This document shows positions 28,891 through 39,430 of a stretch of 46,982 bases of DNA, one piece after another. Made by a program: the position numbers and the translations under genes. The stretch's first letter is position 1. The number at the start of each line of letters is the position of its first letter. Origin of the DNA: Candidatus Heimdallarchaeota archaeon (lineage in GTDB: Archaea > Asgardarchaeota > Heimdallarchaeia > Heimdallarchaeales > Heimdallarchaeaceae); NCBI GenBank assembly GCA_030668825.1, contig DAOVET010000010.1, positions 1-46,982 of the forward strand, in the 5' to 3' direction. The notes below the pieces were generated by a model, which saw only the letters and a program-made list of their open reading frames with translations, was not told the DNA's origin and searched no databases.

Positions 28891-30141
28891 ATGACAAAAG
28901 TTCTTCGAGTGGAGTGTATAGAACTAAACTATCATTCTGCTTTGAGTAAACTGTGTCATCAAGTGAAAAATCTCTATAATCGAGCAAACTTTCTTGTTAA
29001 AACATCGTTACAAAAAAACAAAAAACTTCTTTTCTATTACGAACTTAATAATCTCCTCAAACAAGAAGAATGTTATAAGAATCTCCCTGTTCACACTGCT
29101 CAACACAGCATAAAACTGCTTTGCAGAAATTGGAAAGGATTTTTTAGAGCAATCAAAGAGTGGGAAACAAATCCAGAGACATTCTTCACTAAACCACAAC
29201 CACCTAATTATAAAGCTAAGAATGGTGAGTTAGTAGCAATTTTTACAAACCAACAAGCTAGGATAGTAAATGGCTGGTTAGTCCTTCCCAAAAAGGTGGG
29301 TTTCTATTACAAAACAAGACTATCTCCACTTACTAAATTGAGAGAAGTAAGAATTGTTCCAAGAAGAGTAGGATATACGATTGAACTAGTATATCAGAAG
29401 ATCTTACCCAAAATGAGTAAACAGTCAAAAAGAAAAGGAGCAATAGATTTGGGGATGACAAACCTCGTAACCTTTGTGGATAACCTCGGAAACCAACCGA
29501 TTGTTATCAAGGATACAGGGAAAGGTATCAAAAGCATTACACAATATTATCTGAAAAAACAGAAATAATTACAAGAACAATACGTACAACAACAAAAAAA
29601 ACTGCTAAAAGAGAAGAGCAAAGTTAGTTATGGACCTGCATATTATAAGCTTCGAGAGAAGTGGAGAAGAAAACTTAAGGATACTCTTCATAAGCTAACT
29701 ATTTATTTAGTAAACTTATGGGTTAAAAGAGAATTACATGAAGTGATTATAGGGTACAATGAAATGTGGAAACAAGAGGTTCATTTTTGGAAAAAGACTA
29801 CCCAGATATTTGTTTCAATTCCATATAGGAGAATCATCACCATGTTGAAGTATAAGGCTGCAGAGAATGAGATAAACGTTGTTCTCATTCCTGAAGAATA
29901 CACATCTAAATGTAGTTTTCTAGATAATGAATTCCCAGAAAAACAACAGACATATGTTGGACGAAGAGTAACTCGAGGATTGTTCAAATCTGCCAATGGA
30001 CATATTATTAACGCGGATGTTAACGCAGCATTTAACATTTTAATTAAAAGCGATCCGAAAGCACTTCCTCCACGGAGTGTGAACGGGGTAGGAGGATACG
30101 TGATGTATCCACATAGAGTGAGTATAGAACAGCTACAATGA
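28891..30141 (+). pseudogene. tnpB: IS200/IS605-family tnpB with one in-frame TAA (29566-29568); IS1341-like, no tnpA
   Basis: ORFs 28891-29568 and 29743-30141 share a frame; read-through is colinear with the 43102-44349 protein; AIDLG, IIGYN..WKQ, EEYTSKCSFLD, NADVNAA. Confidence 0.9.
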
Positions 30142-30182
30142 CATCTATGAAAGATATTCAACAACCTAATATTTTAGGTAGC
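30046..30182 (+). ncRNA. omegaRNA scaffold overlapping the tnpB 3' end, plus putative guide
   Basis: Stems GCACTTC/GGAGTGT, GGATAC/GTATCC, CATAGA/TCTATG; candidate end TTCAAC at 30157-30162; 5' end unknown. Confidence 0.75.
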
Positions 30183-30256
30183 AAAATTATACCAACTCAT
30201 CATAAATCTTCCGCAGATATTTAAAAAAGGAAAAATGGGAGGATTTTAGATAAAAA

Positions 30257-31096
30257 TCATTTTTTGTAAGAGCTAAACGAGTAGGTAATCGCACCTTTTG
30301 GACAAACATCAACACAATTACCACAAAGGATACATTCTCTGTGTTCAATCTTGCCTTTGAGAACCATTGATTCAACTTCCAAACTCATAGGACATTCTCT
30401 AGTACATCTATGACATTCAATACAAGCTTCAGAATTGGGTTTTAACCTTAATGAAGGAATTCGTAAAAAATTACTAATCCATCTACCAACGATCATGAAT
30501 GGAGCTATCCAACAAACATGATGACAGAAAGATCTCTTCCCAACTAATATAGCCAATATAAGAATAATCCCTACAACTGCGAAATAAACGAAGTAAGATG
30601 GATCCATTTCACCAGTACTAATATAAGCAGACAAAGATATATACATTTTTTCTTCTGTTAAATAGAAGAAATTAACTTCACTTATCCTCCCACTACCTCG
30701 TACAAAAGGATTAATGATAAGGAATGTTAACCATGGAATCCAAATTACCCATTTAGTAAAGAAGGATTTAGCTTTAATTCTTCGATTGTTCTTCTTTGCA
30801 CTTATTACTACTTCTTGCATACCACCAACTGGACATACCCAACCACAATAAGCTCTTCCCAGAAAGAGAGATAATACAAACAATCCTGCAAAAACGATAA
30901 GACTTCCAGATATTACTCCTCCAGTAGGTTCAGCTCCTCCTTGAAGAGGAACCATGGGAGAGAGATAATAGAATACTACAGGGAAAAGGAGAGCGGAAAT
31001 AAACACAAGTGTTCTTCTAAGACCTTGACGTTTTGGGTGTTTCTTTATCTCTTTCATTTTAAGAGATTTATCTGAGATTGTTACCAATTTTTTCAC
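30257..31096 (-). CDS. membrane 4Fe-4S binding protein (NapH/YccM-like)
   Basis: GRAYCGWVCPVG, RSFCHHVC, CIECHRCTRECP, CILCGNCVDVCP, several TMs. Confidence 0.88.
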   Translation of the reverse strand: MKKLVTISDKSLKMKEIKKHPKRQGLRRTLVFISALLFPVVFYYLSPMVPLQGGAEPTGGVISGSLIVFAGLFVLSLFLGRAYCGWVCPVGGMQEVVISAKKNNRRIKAKSFFTKWVIWIPWLTFLIINPFVRGSGRISEVNFFYLTEEKMYISLSAYISTGEMDPSYFVYFAVVGIILILAILVGKRSFCHHVCWIAPFMIVGRWISNFLRIPSLRLKPNSEACIECHRCTRECPMSLEVESMVLKGKIEHRECILCGNCVDVCPKGAITYSFSSYKK

Positions 31097-31141
31097 CTTT
31101 AATCTAGTTTTACTTTACACTAGTACTCATTTTTAAAATAT

Positions 31142-31312
31142 TTGCAAGGGAGCAAACAAACTCTTGAAGGATTTGTAAAAGAATTAGAACCAATTATTGA
31201 TCAAGATATAGATCACAAGTATGTCTTACAGACAATTAAAATTGGTATTGAAGTTTCAAAAGCTGTTATGAAATGGTCAAATAATGCGATTAATGAACTT
31301 GAAGAAAAGTGA
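31142..31312 (+). pseudogene. C-terminal remnant of a PadR-family regulator
   Basis: HKYVLQTIKIGIEVSKAVMKWSNNAINEL fits the PadR C-terminal helix pattern; wHTH missing. Confidence 0.5.
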
Positions 31313-31317
31313 AGAAT

Positions 31318-31746
31318 TTATTTTAACTTTTTAATTATCCCACAATATCCACAGTTTGGACAAAATTGGTATGTTTTTCCAAAGCTATTCTTACACATAG
31401 GACAGTAAGCGGCAGCTGTTTCGTCAACTTTAACACCAGCTTTTTGTTGTCTATTTAAATTAGAAGCAGAAGCTGTTGTTGGAGTATTTTCTTGTTCTTG
31501 CAAGACTGCATGTATTTCAGCTAGTTTCTTCTTTTTGATGTATAGACTAATTGAAAGATAAAGAATGATAAGTAAACCGACAATGGAATAAAAAAGAAAA
31601 TCCAGCCAATCAATCTTTTCATATAGAGGAACAAGTATTCCAAGGATGATTCCACCAATGAGAATTATGGAAATAAAAAGGATGATTTTGAAGAGTTCGG
31701 ATCTCAAAGGATTATTCTGAAAAGATTTAAGCATTAAGAACTTCAA
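31318..31746 (-). CDS. two-TM membrane protein with C-terminal zinc ribbon
   Basis: Two TMs, then YCPMC...FCPNCG. Confidence 0.75.
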   Translation of the reverse strand: MKFLMLKSFQNNPLRSELFKIILFISIILIGGIILGILVPLYEKIDWLDFLFYSIVGLLIILYLSISLYIKKKKLAEIHAVLQEQENTPTTASASNLNRQQKAGVKVDETAAAYCPMCKNSFGKTYQFCPNCGYCGIIKKLK

Positions 31747-31817
31747 ATTTGAGACACTTAAGAACTTTTTTCCACGTCAACCAAAAAGATATAAGTTTTC
31801 TAATCAATATATTTTAG

Positions 31818-33632
31818 TTGAAGGAAATGAAGAGAGCGGGATTAGTTTTTTTCTTAAGTTTAATGCTATTGAATTCTTCTTCATGTGCTATAGGTGCAGG
31901 AGAACCACAATATGAGCCATTATTTTTGATTAATCTTTTATCTCCTAATATAAGTGCTGCTCAAAATCAATGGACTCTTCTTGTAGAGAATCAATTACAT
32001 AGAATAGGTATAGAGACATTTACAGAATCGACAGGATATGGATATCCACCTGCAAGTCAATTATGGGCATATCCTCTTATTGATTATGATTACATTCCTA
32101 CTTACGATGAAGGAGGATATGATGTGTATTTCTGTGAATGGACATGGAGTTTTGATTGGGATCCTTTTGGTTTATATGACATACCAAGTTTGCCACCATT
32201 TGGTTATAACTTCTATCAATACCAGAATCCTAATTATGATGACAAATTATGGCAGTATCTTTCTACTCATAATCAAACATTACAAAATGAGATGTCACAC
32301 AAAATGCAAAACATTCTCTATGAAGATTTACCTTCAATAACATTGGTATATCCAAAATTTTTGTATGGTTTTAAAGACACTATTGTAGGTGTGGATACTA
32401 ACTTATCTTTTGAATCAAGTTTACACTCAGAAATTTGGGATGATCCTGAAGATCATGTGATTAGATATGCAATGGCTGGGGACCTAAAAGAATGGAATTC
32501 ATTCGTTTTGGAATCATACTATGATAACCTATGGATGCAGACGATTTATGGTTCGCTCTTTCGAAGAAATTTGAATACTCATCAATGGGAAACATATTTG
32601 GCAGTTGACTATGAGATAAGTTCTGATGGTTTGAATTTTACAGTAAACTTAGATCCTAATGCTAAGTTCAGTGATGGAAGTCCTTTACTAGCAGAAGATA
32701 TAGATTACACATATGAATTGCACACTACCCCTGCTGTTGGATCAAGTAGATATTCTCAAGTTTCAACTTGGTTTTACGATAATAATTCTATACAAGCAGT
32801 TGATTCTCATACTATCAACTTTAATTTTACAACAATAAATCCATTTGCACCTAGTATAATGTCATTTGAAATTATTGACAAAAGTGAAGTTGAGCCATTA
32901 ATTTCCTCTTTTGGTTATAGCATTTTCATTGATATCCCACTTACAGGAAATGCTCAAGATTATTTGGTTAAGTCTTGTGGTCCTTTTATGTTAGACACTT
33001 TTGGAGCAGCTAATAATACTGCAAAAATGGTTCCAAATCCTTTTTGGGATGATTCTATTGTATCAGGTGGCAATCAACCGCTTCTAGATGAGTTATACTT
33101 CAAGTTTGTGAGTGGTGCATCAACTGCTAAAACAGGCTTGATTTCAGGAAATATAGATATAGTCGATTCACAGTATTATCTCTCTTTTGGGGATTTTGAT
33201 TCAGAAGGTGTAGAAGCTAGAACAGCAGATGATCCATCAAACCATGAGATTGCGATTAACATGAGACATCCAATAATAGGAACAGGAGAATTAACACCAA
33301 ATGGAAATGCTGAAGCTGCAAAATATATCAGAAAAGCTATCAGTCATGCAATACCAAGACAAGTTATAGTTGATGATATATTGAATGGTTTGGGTAGTTC
33401 AGGAATTACACCAATGCCACCAGTTTGTGTTGGATTCAATGATGCAATGCAGCCGTATGAATATAATTTGACATTAGCAAGAGAGTATATTGAAATGGCA
33501 GGCTATGAGTTGACAGAAATAGTGGAAACAACGGAAACTCCAACTGGCACAACAGCGACGAATTTCATCATTTTACTCTTAATGATAATTGGGTTAACAA
33601 CTATTATAAGGATAAGAAAAAGAAAAAGATAA
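31818..33632 (+). CDS. family-5 (peptide/nickel) ABC solute-binding protein, circularly permuted, C-terminally anchored
   Basis: SSDGLNFTVNL...KFSDGSPL.AEDI, GPF, IRKAISHAI.R, YN...A.EY.EMAGY; Thr-rich linker, TM, RIRKRKR. Confidence 0.85.
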   Translation: MKEMKRAGLVFFLSLMLLNSSSCAIGAGEPQYEPLFLINLLSPNISAAQNQWTLLVENQLHRIGIETFTESTGYGYPPASQLWAYPLIDYDYIPTYDEGGYDVYFCEWTWSFDWDPFGLYDIPSLPPFGYNFYQYQNPNYDDKLWQYLSTHNQTLQNEMSHKMQNILYEDLPSITLVYPKFLYGFKDTIVGVDTNLSFESSLHSEIWDDPEDHVIRYAMAGDLKEWNSFVLESYYDNLWMQTIYGSLFRRNLNTHQWETYLAVDYEISSDGLNFTVNLDPNAKFSDGSPLLAEDIDYTYELHTTPAVGSSRYSQVSTWFYDNNSIQAVDSHTINFNFTTINPFAPSIMSFEIIDKSEVEPLISSFGYSIFIDIPLTGNAQDYLVKSCGPFMLDTFGAANNTAKMVPNPFWDDSIVSGGNQPLLDELYFKFVSGASTAKTGLISGNIDIVDSQYYLSFGDFDSEGVEARTADDPSNHEIAINMRHPIIGTGELTPNGNAEAAKYIRKAISHAIPRQVIVDDILNGLGSSGITPMPPVCVGFNDAMQPYEYNLTLAREYIEMAGYELTEIVETTETPTGTTATNFIILLLMIIGLTTIIRIRKRKR

Positions 33633-33660
33633 AATAAATACAAAGGAAGGGAGGAAGTTT

Positions 33661-33828
33661 TTAATCCTCATAAAGCTCAAAATCAGATTTGTCAGCACCA
33701 CATTCAGGGCAGACCCAATCATCTGGTACATCTTCCCATTTTGTTCCTGGATTGATTCCTGCATCAGGGTCTCCCAGATCTGGATCATAAACATAACCAC
33801 AAAGTGTGCATATCCATTTGTCACTCAT
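33661..33828 (-). CDS. rubredoxin (55 aa); missing from the ORF track
   Basis: [55 protein letters not shown]. Confidence 0.95.
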   Translation of the reverse strand: MSDKWICTLCGYVYDPDLGDPDAGINPGTKWEDVPDDWVCPECGADKSDFELYED

Positions 33829-33936
33829 TTTTTTATTCCTCTTTATAGATTTTAGCTAGTTTTCGAAGTTAGGTATATATGTTTTACTCCTCACGCTTGA
33901 TTGTTTTGCAACTTCTGCTTTCACTAACTTAAAACC

Positions 33937-34275
33937 TTAAGTAATTCCATTTGCTAGTATTTTTTCTATCTGTTCTAAGGAAATCTGAGTCTTGTCCCAA
34001 ACCAGCTCTTCATTGTCAAAAAACAGTTCGAAAAGATTTCTAATACTTACAATACTTTGATTATTATCTTCTAGAATCAGCTGATAACTTGTCCAGAAAC
34101 CACAAGCACGACAAAAGAACTCAGGATTTTTATTGAAATCCTTTTTTATGTTAAGCAAGAAATCTGCTAATTCTTCGATGGAATTCATCTCAAAGCTTTC
34201 TACTGCTTCAGCTTTACTTTTCCCAGTATTTGGATCTATAAAGTTGTCATACTCTACTATAGAAAGTTTCCACAT
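33937..34275 (-). CDS. hypothetical protein
   Basis: 112-aa ORF with one FCRACG motif. Confidence 0.55.
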   Translation of the reverse strand: MWKLSIVEYDNFIDPNTGKSKAEAVESFEMNSIEELADFLLNIKKDFNKNPEFFCRACGFWTSYQLILEDNNQSIVSIRNLFELFFDNEELVWDKTQISLEQIEKILANGIT

Positions 34276-34373
34276 AGATGAATTTCCTGCTAAATGTTAC
34301 TAGCAAACTATTATAATCAAAATTGTTTAAAAACTCGAGAAAAATTTAGACGTTTTTGTTGATTCTTCTCAAA

Positions 34374-37370
34374 TCAATTATCATCATCTGATTCCTCAGA
34401 TTCTTCATTTGTTTCTTCAGATTCATCTGCTGATTCTTCATCGCTTTCTTTGACAATCTCCTCAGCTTCAAACCCGAAAGTAACTTCTTCTGCTTCCAAA
34501 ATAACTTCTTCTGCATCTAGTTCTATTTCGTCAACTTCAGCATCTTCCATTTCATCAACATCTAGTGTTTCAGCTGGTTCTAACTCTATAATTTCCTCTT
34601 TCGGAGTTGATTCATCAATTGCTAGTAGTTCACTAGATTCTTCTACTTCTTTTATTTTAATTTTGCTTGCTTTATCAGATGGTTGTTCTTCCTCTGTAAT
34701 TTCATCTGGTTCAGGAATCTCGTCAAAATCATCTTTTGCAATAATTTCTTCTAGTGGTTCTTCTTCTATTTCCTCTTCATCTTTTTTAGGAGGTTTAGGA
34801 ATGCCAAATGATTCTGCTTTCACATCTAAATCTAAAGTTTCTATGATGACTTCTTCTGCTTCTAACACAACTTCTCTTGGGGGGTCTATTTTCCCTTCTT
34901 CTATATCTTCTAAATCATCCTCAATTTCCCTGAGTTCTTTATCTAGATCACTCCCGTGGTCTAAATCTTCGAGAGGAATGCCAATATCAGCCAAATCTTC
35001 TTGTTTTAGAGAAAATTCATGCTCGAATCCGTCCATTGCAACTTCTTTTGCATCTAGCTGTACTTCTTCAGCTTCTAAATCCACAGTTTCTGTTTCAAAG
35101 AGGTCTAGTGTATCATCAAAATCTCTTGCTATTGGAATGCCGTATGTTTCCATATATGCTAAGAGCTTTGGATCTCTTGCTCGAATCAGGTTGTCTATTC
35201 GTTTCAATTCTTTATCTACTTGTTCAATTATTTCCAATTCTGTAACAATATCATCACGTTCTAGAAGAGCCCTCAGGTCTGTTTCTACTTGTGCAATAAC
35301 ATCTCCGAGTTCTTTCAAACTAGATTCTAGATCTACTTTTTGTTCTTTAGTTCTTTCTTGAAGAATACCTTCTTGAAGGAAATAAACATTTGTTATTCGA
35401 TCTAAAACTTCTTGATGAGAAGCTTTTGAACCAAGAGGTTCTATTTTAGGAATAAATTGTTTTAATGTACCAACATATTTCTCAAACTGATTTTTAAGAT
35501 TGAAAGTGATTTTTTCTGTTATTGCTATTATAATATATTCGCCAATCATATCGATAAGGAGGTCTCGACCTTGTTGGGTGACTTCACTTAAAACAAGATC
35601 TTCCTCAAGAACACTTTGGGAGAAAATATTAATTGCTGCAACTAGCATCGGAACTAAAGATGCTTCAGTCTGGTATTCATGTTTAGTTGTAAAACGATAT
35701 TTCATAACAGCTGAATCTGCATCTACAAGAGCAATTCCATAAAGTTTTGAACCTACAACTTTAGGAGCTTTAACAAATTTAAATCCTTGATATTTCTTTA
35801 GGGTTGCAGACATTCTATCAGATTGTTGAAAGCCCTTATCCTCTAAAATTGAAGCAAATTTTTCTATTTTCTTATCTTTATCAATTTCTTTTAATAAGGT
35901 TTGAGCATCTCTCTGAACTTTAGGGTAATTAAACTTCTTAGCTAAATCATTTGCTTCAGTAATAGCTTCTATTGCTTTATCCGGTTTGTTACCATGTATC
36001 AGTAATAACCCTTTCAAAAGTTGGATATCACACAGTAATCGTGGAATAAATTGCTCTTCTGATAGATATGTGAGATTGTTGAGATAACTAAGAACTGATG
36101 AATAATCATTTAGTTCATTGTTGTCGTTAAATCTATCAAGATGTAGTTCTGCTAACTCAAACTGAGCCTTAATAAGAAATTCAATGTTATCTAGATCAGA
36201 TGCTGCTTTGTTTGAGATCTCAAATGATTGTATTGCTTCATCTATCATTCCTTTTTTCTTGAATAGAAGACCTTCAAAATAGTAAATATTCGGTTTTACA
36301 CGTATTTCTCCGACCTCTTCAAGCTTCTGTTTACATAATTCTAAAGATTTTTCGGCTAGGTCAAAATTATCTCTTTCAATTGCAATCCAAGCAGTTAATA
36401 GATAGGGTTGAATAAGATTTAATTCCATTTCTTCTTCAAGTTTTAAAGCAACATCAAGCATTTCTTTTGCTTCTTCATATCTCTCTAAAAGCAGACATAA
36501 TTCAGCGATATTTGTTGCGCTTACAGCTTTTGCTCGGGGATTCTTGGAAACAAGTTTGTGAATTTGCCTGAGTAATCGAATGGATCTTTCAAAATCTCCT
36601 CTTGCTAACTCTAATTTTGCGGAATTATTCAACAAACTTGCTCTATCAGCTGCCAAACCTGTTTCTTCAGTAGGAATGATTGCAGCATTTAGCATTTTTT
36701 GAGCCTTTTTAAATTCACCTTTGTTGATGAAAACAGTTGTAATCAAGTTTAATGCAACAGATTGGAAATAAGGATCTCTCTGTTTTACAGCACTCTGAAG
36801 AATTCTTCTGGCTAAGTCTTCTACTCTGTCAAAATCACTCACTAGTAGAAAACCTTGAGCTGCTAATGTGAATATTAGAAATGTAGCAAGTTTTCCTTCA
36901 AATTCATCAGCATAAGTAGCAATGTGATGATCTATTTCATCAACAGTTGTTAAAGCCATTGGATAATTTTGTTCACCATAAAGAAGTAGAAATTCCAAAC
37001 TAGCTGTAATAAATGAATTTCTGGGAGTTTCTAAAGAATCACCATACTTCTGTTGAAACTGTAATTTCAGACTAACAATTTTATTTGTCATATGGAGTCT
37101 TGAATAAGCATAAGCTCTATAGAGATAATATTCTGGTCTAGTTAAAGCTTCTGTGAGTTTCAGTAGAGACCTAAAATCACGTGTACAGATTGCTGCGTCG
37201 ATAGACAAATCTTGCAAATCAGCATTTACAAAGTTTGCAGTAGAATGATCAATACATGCTTTGACAAAACTATTTAACGCTTTTTTATCATTTTCAAGAG
37301 TACCGATAAGATTTACAATAAAGGGGTCTTCGAACGTTTTTTCATGTCGTATGTTAAATGGTGCAAACAT
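34374..37370 (-). CDS. TPR-repeat protein with longin-like domain and long acidic tail
   Basis: TPR helices over about aa 60-500; longin-like LYGIALVD..SAVMKY...LVPMLVAAINIFSQSV...YIIIAI; about 300 aa D/E-rich tail. Confidence 0.75.
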   Translation of the reverse strand: MFAPFNIRHEKTFEDPFIVNLIGTLENDKKALNSFVKACIDHSTANFVNADLQDLSIDAAICTRDFRSLLKLTEALTRPEYYLYRAYAYSRLHMTNKIVSLKLQFQQKYGDSLETPRNSFITASLEFLLLYGEQNYPMALTTVDEIDHHIATYADEFEGKLATFLIFTLAAQGFLLVSDFDRVEDLARRILQSAVKQRDPYFQSVALNLITTVFINKGEFKKAQKMLNAAIIPTEETGLAADRASLLNNSAKLELARGDFERSIRLLRQIHKLVSKNPRAKAVSATNIAELCLLLERYEEAKEMLDVALKLEEEMELNLIQPYLLTAWIAIERDNFDLAEKSLELCKQKLEEVGEIRVKPNIYYFEGLLFKKKGMIDEAIQSFEISNKAASDLDNIEFLIKAQFELAELHLDRFNDNNELNDYSSVLSYLNNLTYLSEEQFIPRLLCDIQLLKGLLLIHGNKPDKAIEAITEANDLAKKFNYPKVQRDAQTLLKEIDKDKKIEKFASILEDKGFQQSDRMSATLKKYQGFKFVKAPKVVGSKLYGIALVDADSAVMKYRFTTKHEYQTEASLVPMLVAAINIFSQSVLEEDLVLSEVTQQGRDLLIDMIGEYIIIAITEKITFNLKNQFEKYVGTLKQFIPKIEPLGSKASHQEVLDRITNVYFLQEGILQERTKEQKVDLESSLKELGDVIAQVETDLRALLERDDIVTELEIIEQVDKELKRIDNLIRARDPKLLAYMETYGIPIARDFDDTLDLFETETVDLEAEEVQLDAKEVAMDGFEHEFSLKQEDLADIGIPLEDLDHGSDLDKELREIEDDLEDIEEGKIDPPREVVLEAEEVIIETLDLDVKAESFGIPKPPKKDEEEIEEEPLEEIIAKDDFDEIPEPDEITEEEQPSDKASKIKIKEVEESSELLAIDESTPKEEIIELEPAETLDVDEMEDAEVDEIELDAEEVILEAEEVTFGFEAEEIVKESDEESADESEETNEESEESDDDN

Positions 37371-37598
37371 TAACTAGTCTCCTTATCTCATCTATTCTCA
37401 AGTGGTCTCTAAATATATATTATAGTAACACTCTGAAATGCTAATATTTCATTACTCAAAGTATATATTTAAACATTCATTTATAAACCAGTATACCCCC
37501 AACTTAGAACCTCAATGAATCATTATCTAATCAAACTGCTTTTTCTTCGTTCCTCTTACTTCACAGAAATCTTCCTGTAGTAATTAAAAAAGCCCAAA

Positions 37599-38423
37599 CT
37601 ATTGTTTCTCAAGTTTTCTAATCAACTCTACTAAAGGAAAACTATGAGCAGCGATATTTGTTTCTAAATCATAATATTCAGAATCTTTTACAGCTTTGTG
37701 AATATTTAGAGTAATTTCTGAAGCATGAGCTTTGTCTTTTTCTGCAGCTACGAATATACACTTGTTTTTAACTTTAGCTAGTTGTTCATCTGTTATTCTG
37801 AACTTTCTTTGTGTTAGCATGGTTTTACGAACTCTACTAGCATTGTAGCTGTCAAAATACCCCCAATATTTCTTAGCTTGATCCTTCTGACTTCTATCGA
37901 GATAAATATATCTAATAATAAATTTTGCTACAGGTTTGATAAAGAAATTCCAAACAAAAGGAAATGTGATGTAGACAAAAGGCCAGGTATAACCTGGAAC
38001 TTCTATACGCAGAACTGGTCCAACCATATAGATAGTTCTAGGAGAAAGAATACCCATACTCATTGCAATTAATGTAAAACCAGCTCCATAACTTGAAGCA
38101 ATCATAAGATAATCTTTTAGCATCAAATAATCAATGACTTCAGCTATGTCTCGAGCAAAACGCTCTGCTCCAAAATCAGGTTTCTTTCTTAATTGAGCAG
38201 TATGTTTTTCTCTAGTTTCTATGACATAGACTCTGTGATCTTTCATCATCTCGAGTAAAACATCATCCCAAGCACTTGGTAGGCTACCAAACCCAGGTAA
38301 TAAGACTAATGTATCTTTTATTTCGTCTTCTGGTTCATAATAAAGAACACGGAGAATATCTAAGCCTTTTTCTCCAACCTGAACATTTAAAACAGTAGCA
38401 AATTCTTCAAATTTTGAACTCAT
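37599..38423 (-). CDS. alpha/beta hydrolase
   Basis: LVLLPGFGS..AW, nucleophile elbow ASSYGA, late D.AH. Confidence 0.8.
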   Translation of the reverse strand: MSSKFEEFATVLNVQVGEKGLDILRVLYYEPEDEIKDTLVLLPGFGSLPSAWDDVLLEMMKDHRVYVIETREKHTAQLRKKPDFGAERFARDIAEVIDYLMLKDYLMIASSYGAGFTLIAMSMGILSPRTIYMVGPVLRIEVPGYTWPFVYITFPFVWNFFIKPVAKFIIRYIYLDRSQKDQAKKYWGYFDSYNASRVRKTMLTQRKFRITDEQLAKVKNKCIFVAAEKDKAHASEITLNIHKAVKDSEYYDLETNIAAHSFPLVELIRKLEKQ

Positions 38424-38496
38424 TAAGAGTTTTGAATATTACTCTTTTTTAAACTTATTTCCAAAACCAACCAATTTAGATAAAGAACAAAGTTGT

Positions 38497-39378
38497 CTAG
38501 AAATCAAAAATAGTAGTAACTACTTTAGTCTTAGCTGGAAAATCTTGTTTGATTGAGAAAGTTAGTCCATCTTGAATATTTTCTACTTCAGATACAGTAA
38601 AAACGAACTTAGCTGTATAAGATTCCTCAGTCATGGAAGCAGGAATGAAACGGATGTAGATTATACCATTGGCAACTTCGATTAAATCTCCTGAAGCAGA
38701 GATGACATGCATGGAATCATCCTTTTCATCATAAATTCTTATTTCAAGATTTTGTAAAGGATAGCTTGTATTATTTTCTATATTAAAACTAATTTTCCAG
38801 GTATCTTTAAGAGATTTTTTATCAACAATTACTACATTCATTTCAGGTTTTTCAGCAATAATTTTTGGTTTGGGTTTTATTTTTGGTTTTGAAACAATTT
38901 TAATCTCAGATTGATTTTCAGATTTAGGATTAGCATCTTTCATCTTAATTTCTGTATCCTTTTCTACCTTTGTTCGTGGTTGATATGTAGATTTAATTTT
39001 TAGAGCTGAAGGGTTATTTATCCAATTGACAATTGTTTTTATAAAAGAATATTTCACAGGATTTAGCAAATATCGTGTAACTCCTAGATCCTGTTGTTTG
39101 GTTCTAAGACCTAGAATAACTAATTCCCTCACTTGTGTTTTAGTGCCTGGGAAACTATTTTTGAGTTCATCAGTCACATCTTCTACAGCTTTGATAGTTC
39201 TTTTATAAACGCCATAGAACGCTTTGTAACTTGCTACATATTTCTCCCTTGTTTCTTCTTCTCTAGTATTAATAGATCTCAATCCCTTACATGATGAAGC
39301 AACTTCTTTGATTTCTTCATCTGTTAGCACTCTTTTGATATTCTTGATAGCAAGGGAAATTTCACTTGTAGAAGCCAT
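38497..39378 (-). CDS. hypothetical protein: helical N-domain, K/P-rich linker, beta-sandwich-like C-domain
   Basis: KPKIKPKPK linker; WKISFNIENNTSYPLQNLEIRI strand pattern. Confidence 0.6.
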   Translation of the reverse strand: MASTSEISLAIKNIKRVLTDEEIKEVASSCKGLRSINTREEETREKYVASYKAFYGVYKRTIKAVEDVTDELKNSFPGTKTQVRELVILGLRTKQQDLGVTRYLLNPVKYSFIKTIVNWINNPSALKIKSTYQPRTKVEKDTEIKMKDANPKSENQSEIKIVSKPKIKPKPKIIAEKPEMNVVIVDKKSLKDTWKISFNIENNTSYPLQNLEIRIYDEKDDSMHVISASGDLIEVANGIIYIRFIPASMTEESYTAKFVFTVSEVENIQDGLTFSIKQDFPAKTKVVTTIFDF

Positions 39379-39430
39379 TAACTCATCTTAAATAAATAGA
39401 GAATTCAATATAAAAGCCCAAAAAAACAAC

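Noticed and set aside
29566-29568. Programmed read-through of the TAA in tnpB
   Set aside because: No recoding signal is visible and TAA is a common true stop in this window.
33594-33824. 76-aa minus-strand ORF in the track
   Set aside because: Wrong frame; the real gene is rubredoxin at 33828-33661.
34450-35361. 303-aa Ser-rich plus-strand ORF
   Set aside because: Antisense shadow of the Glu/Asp-rich tail of the TPR protein.
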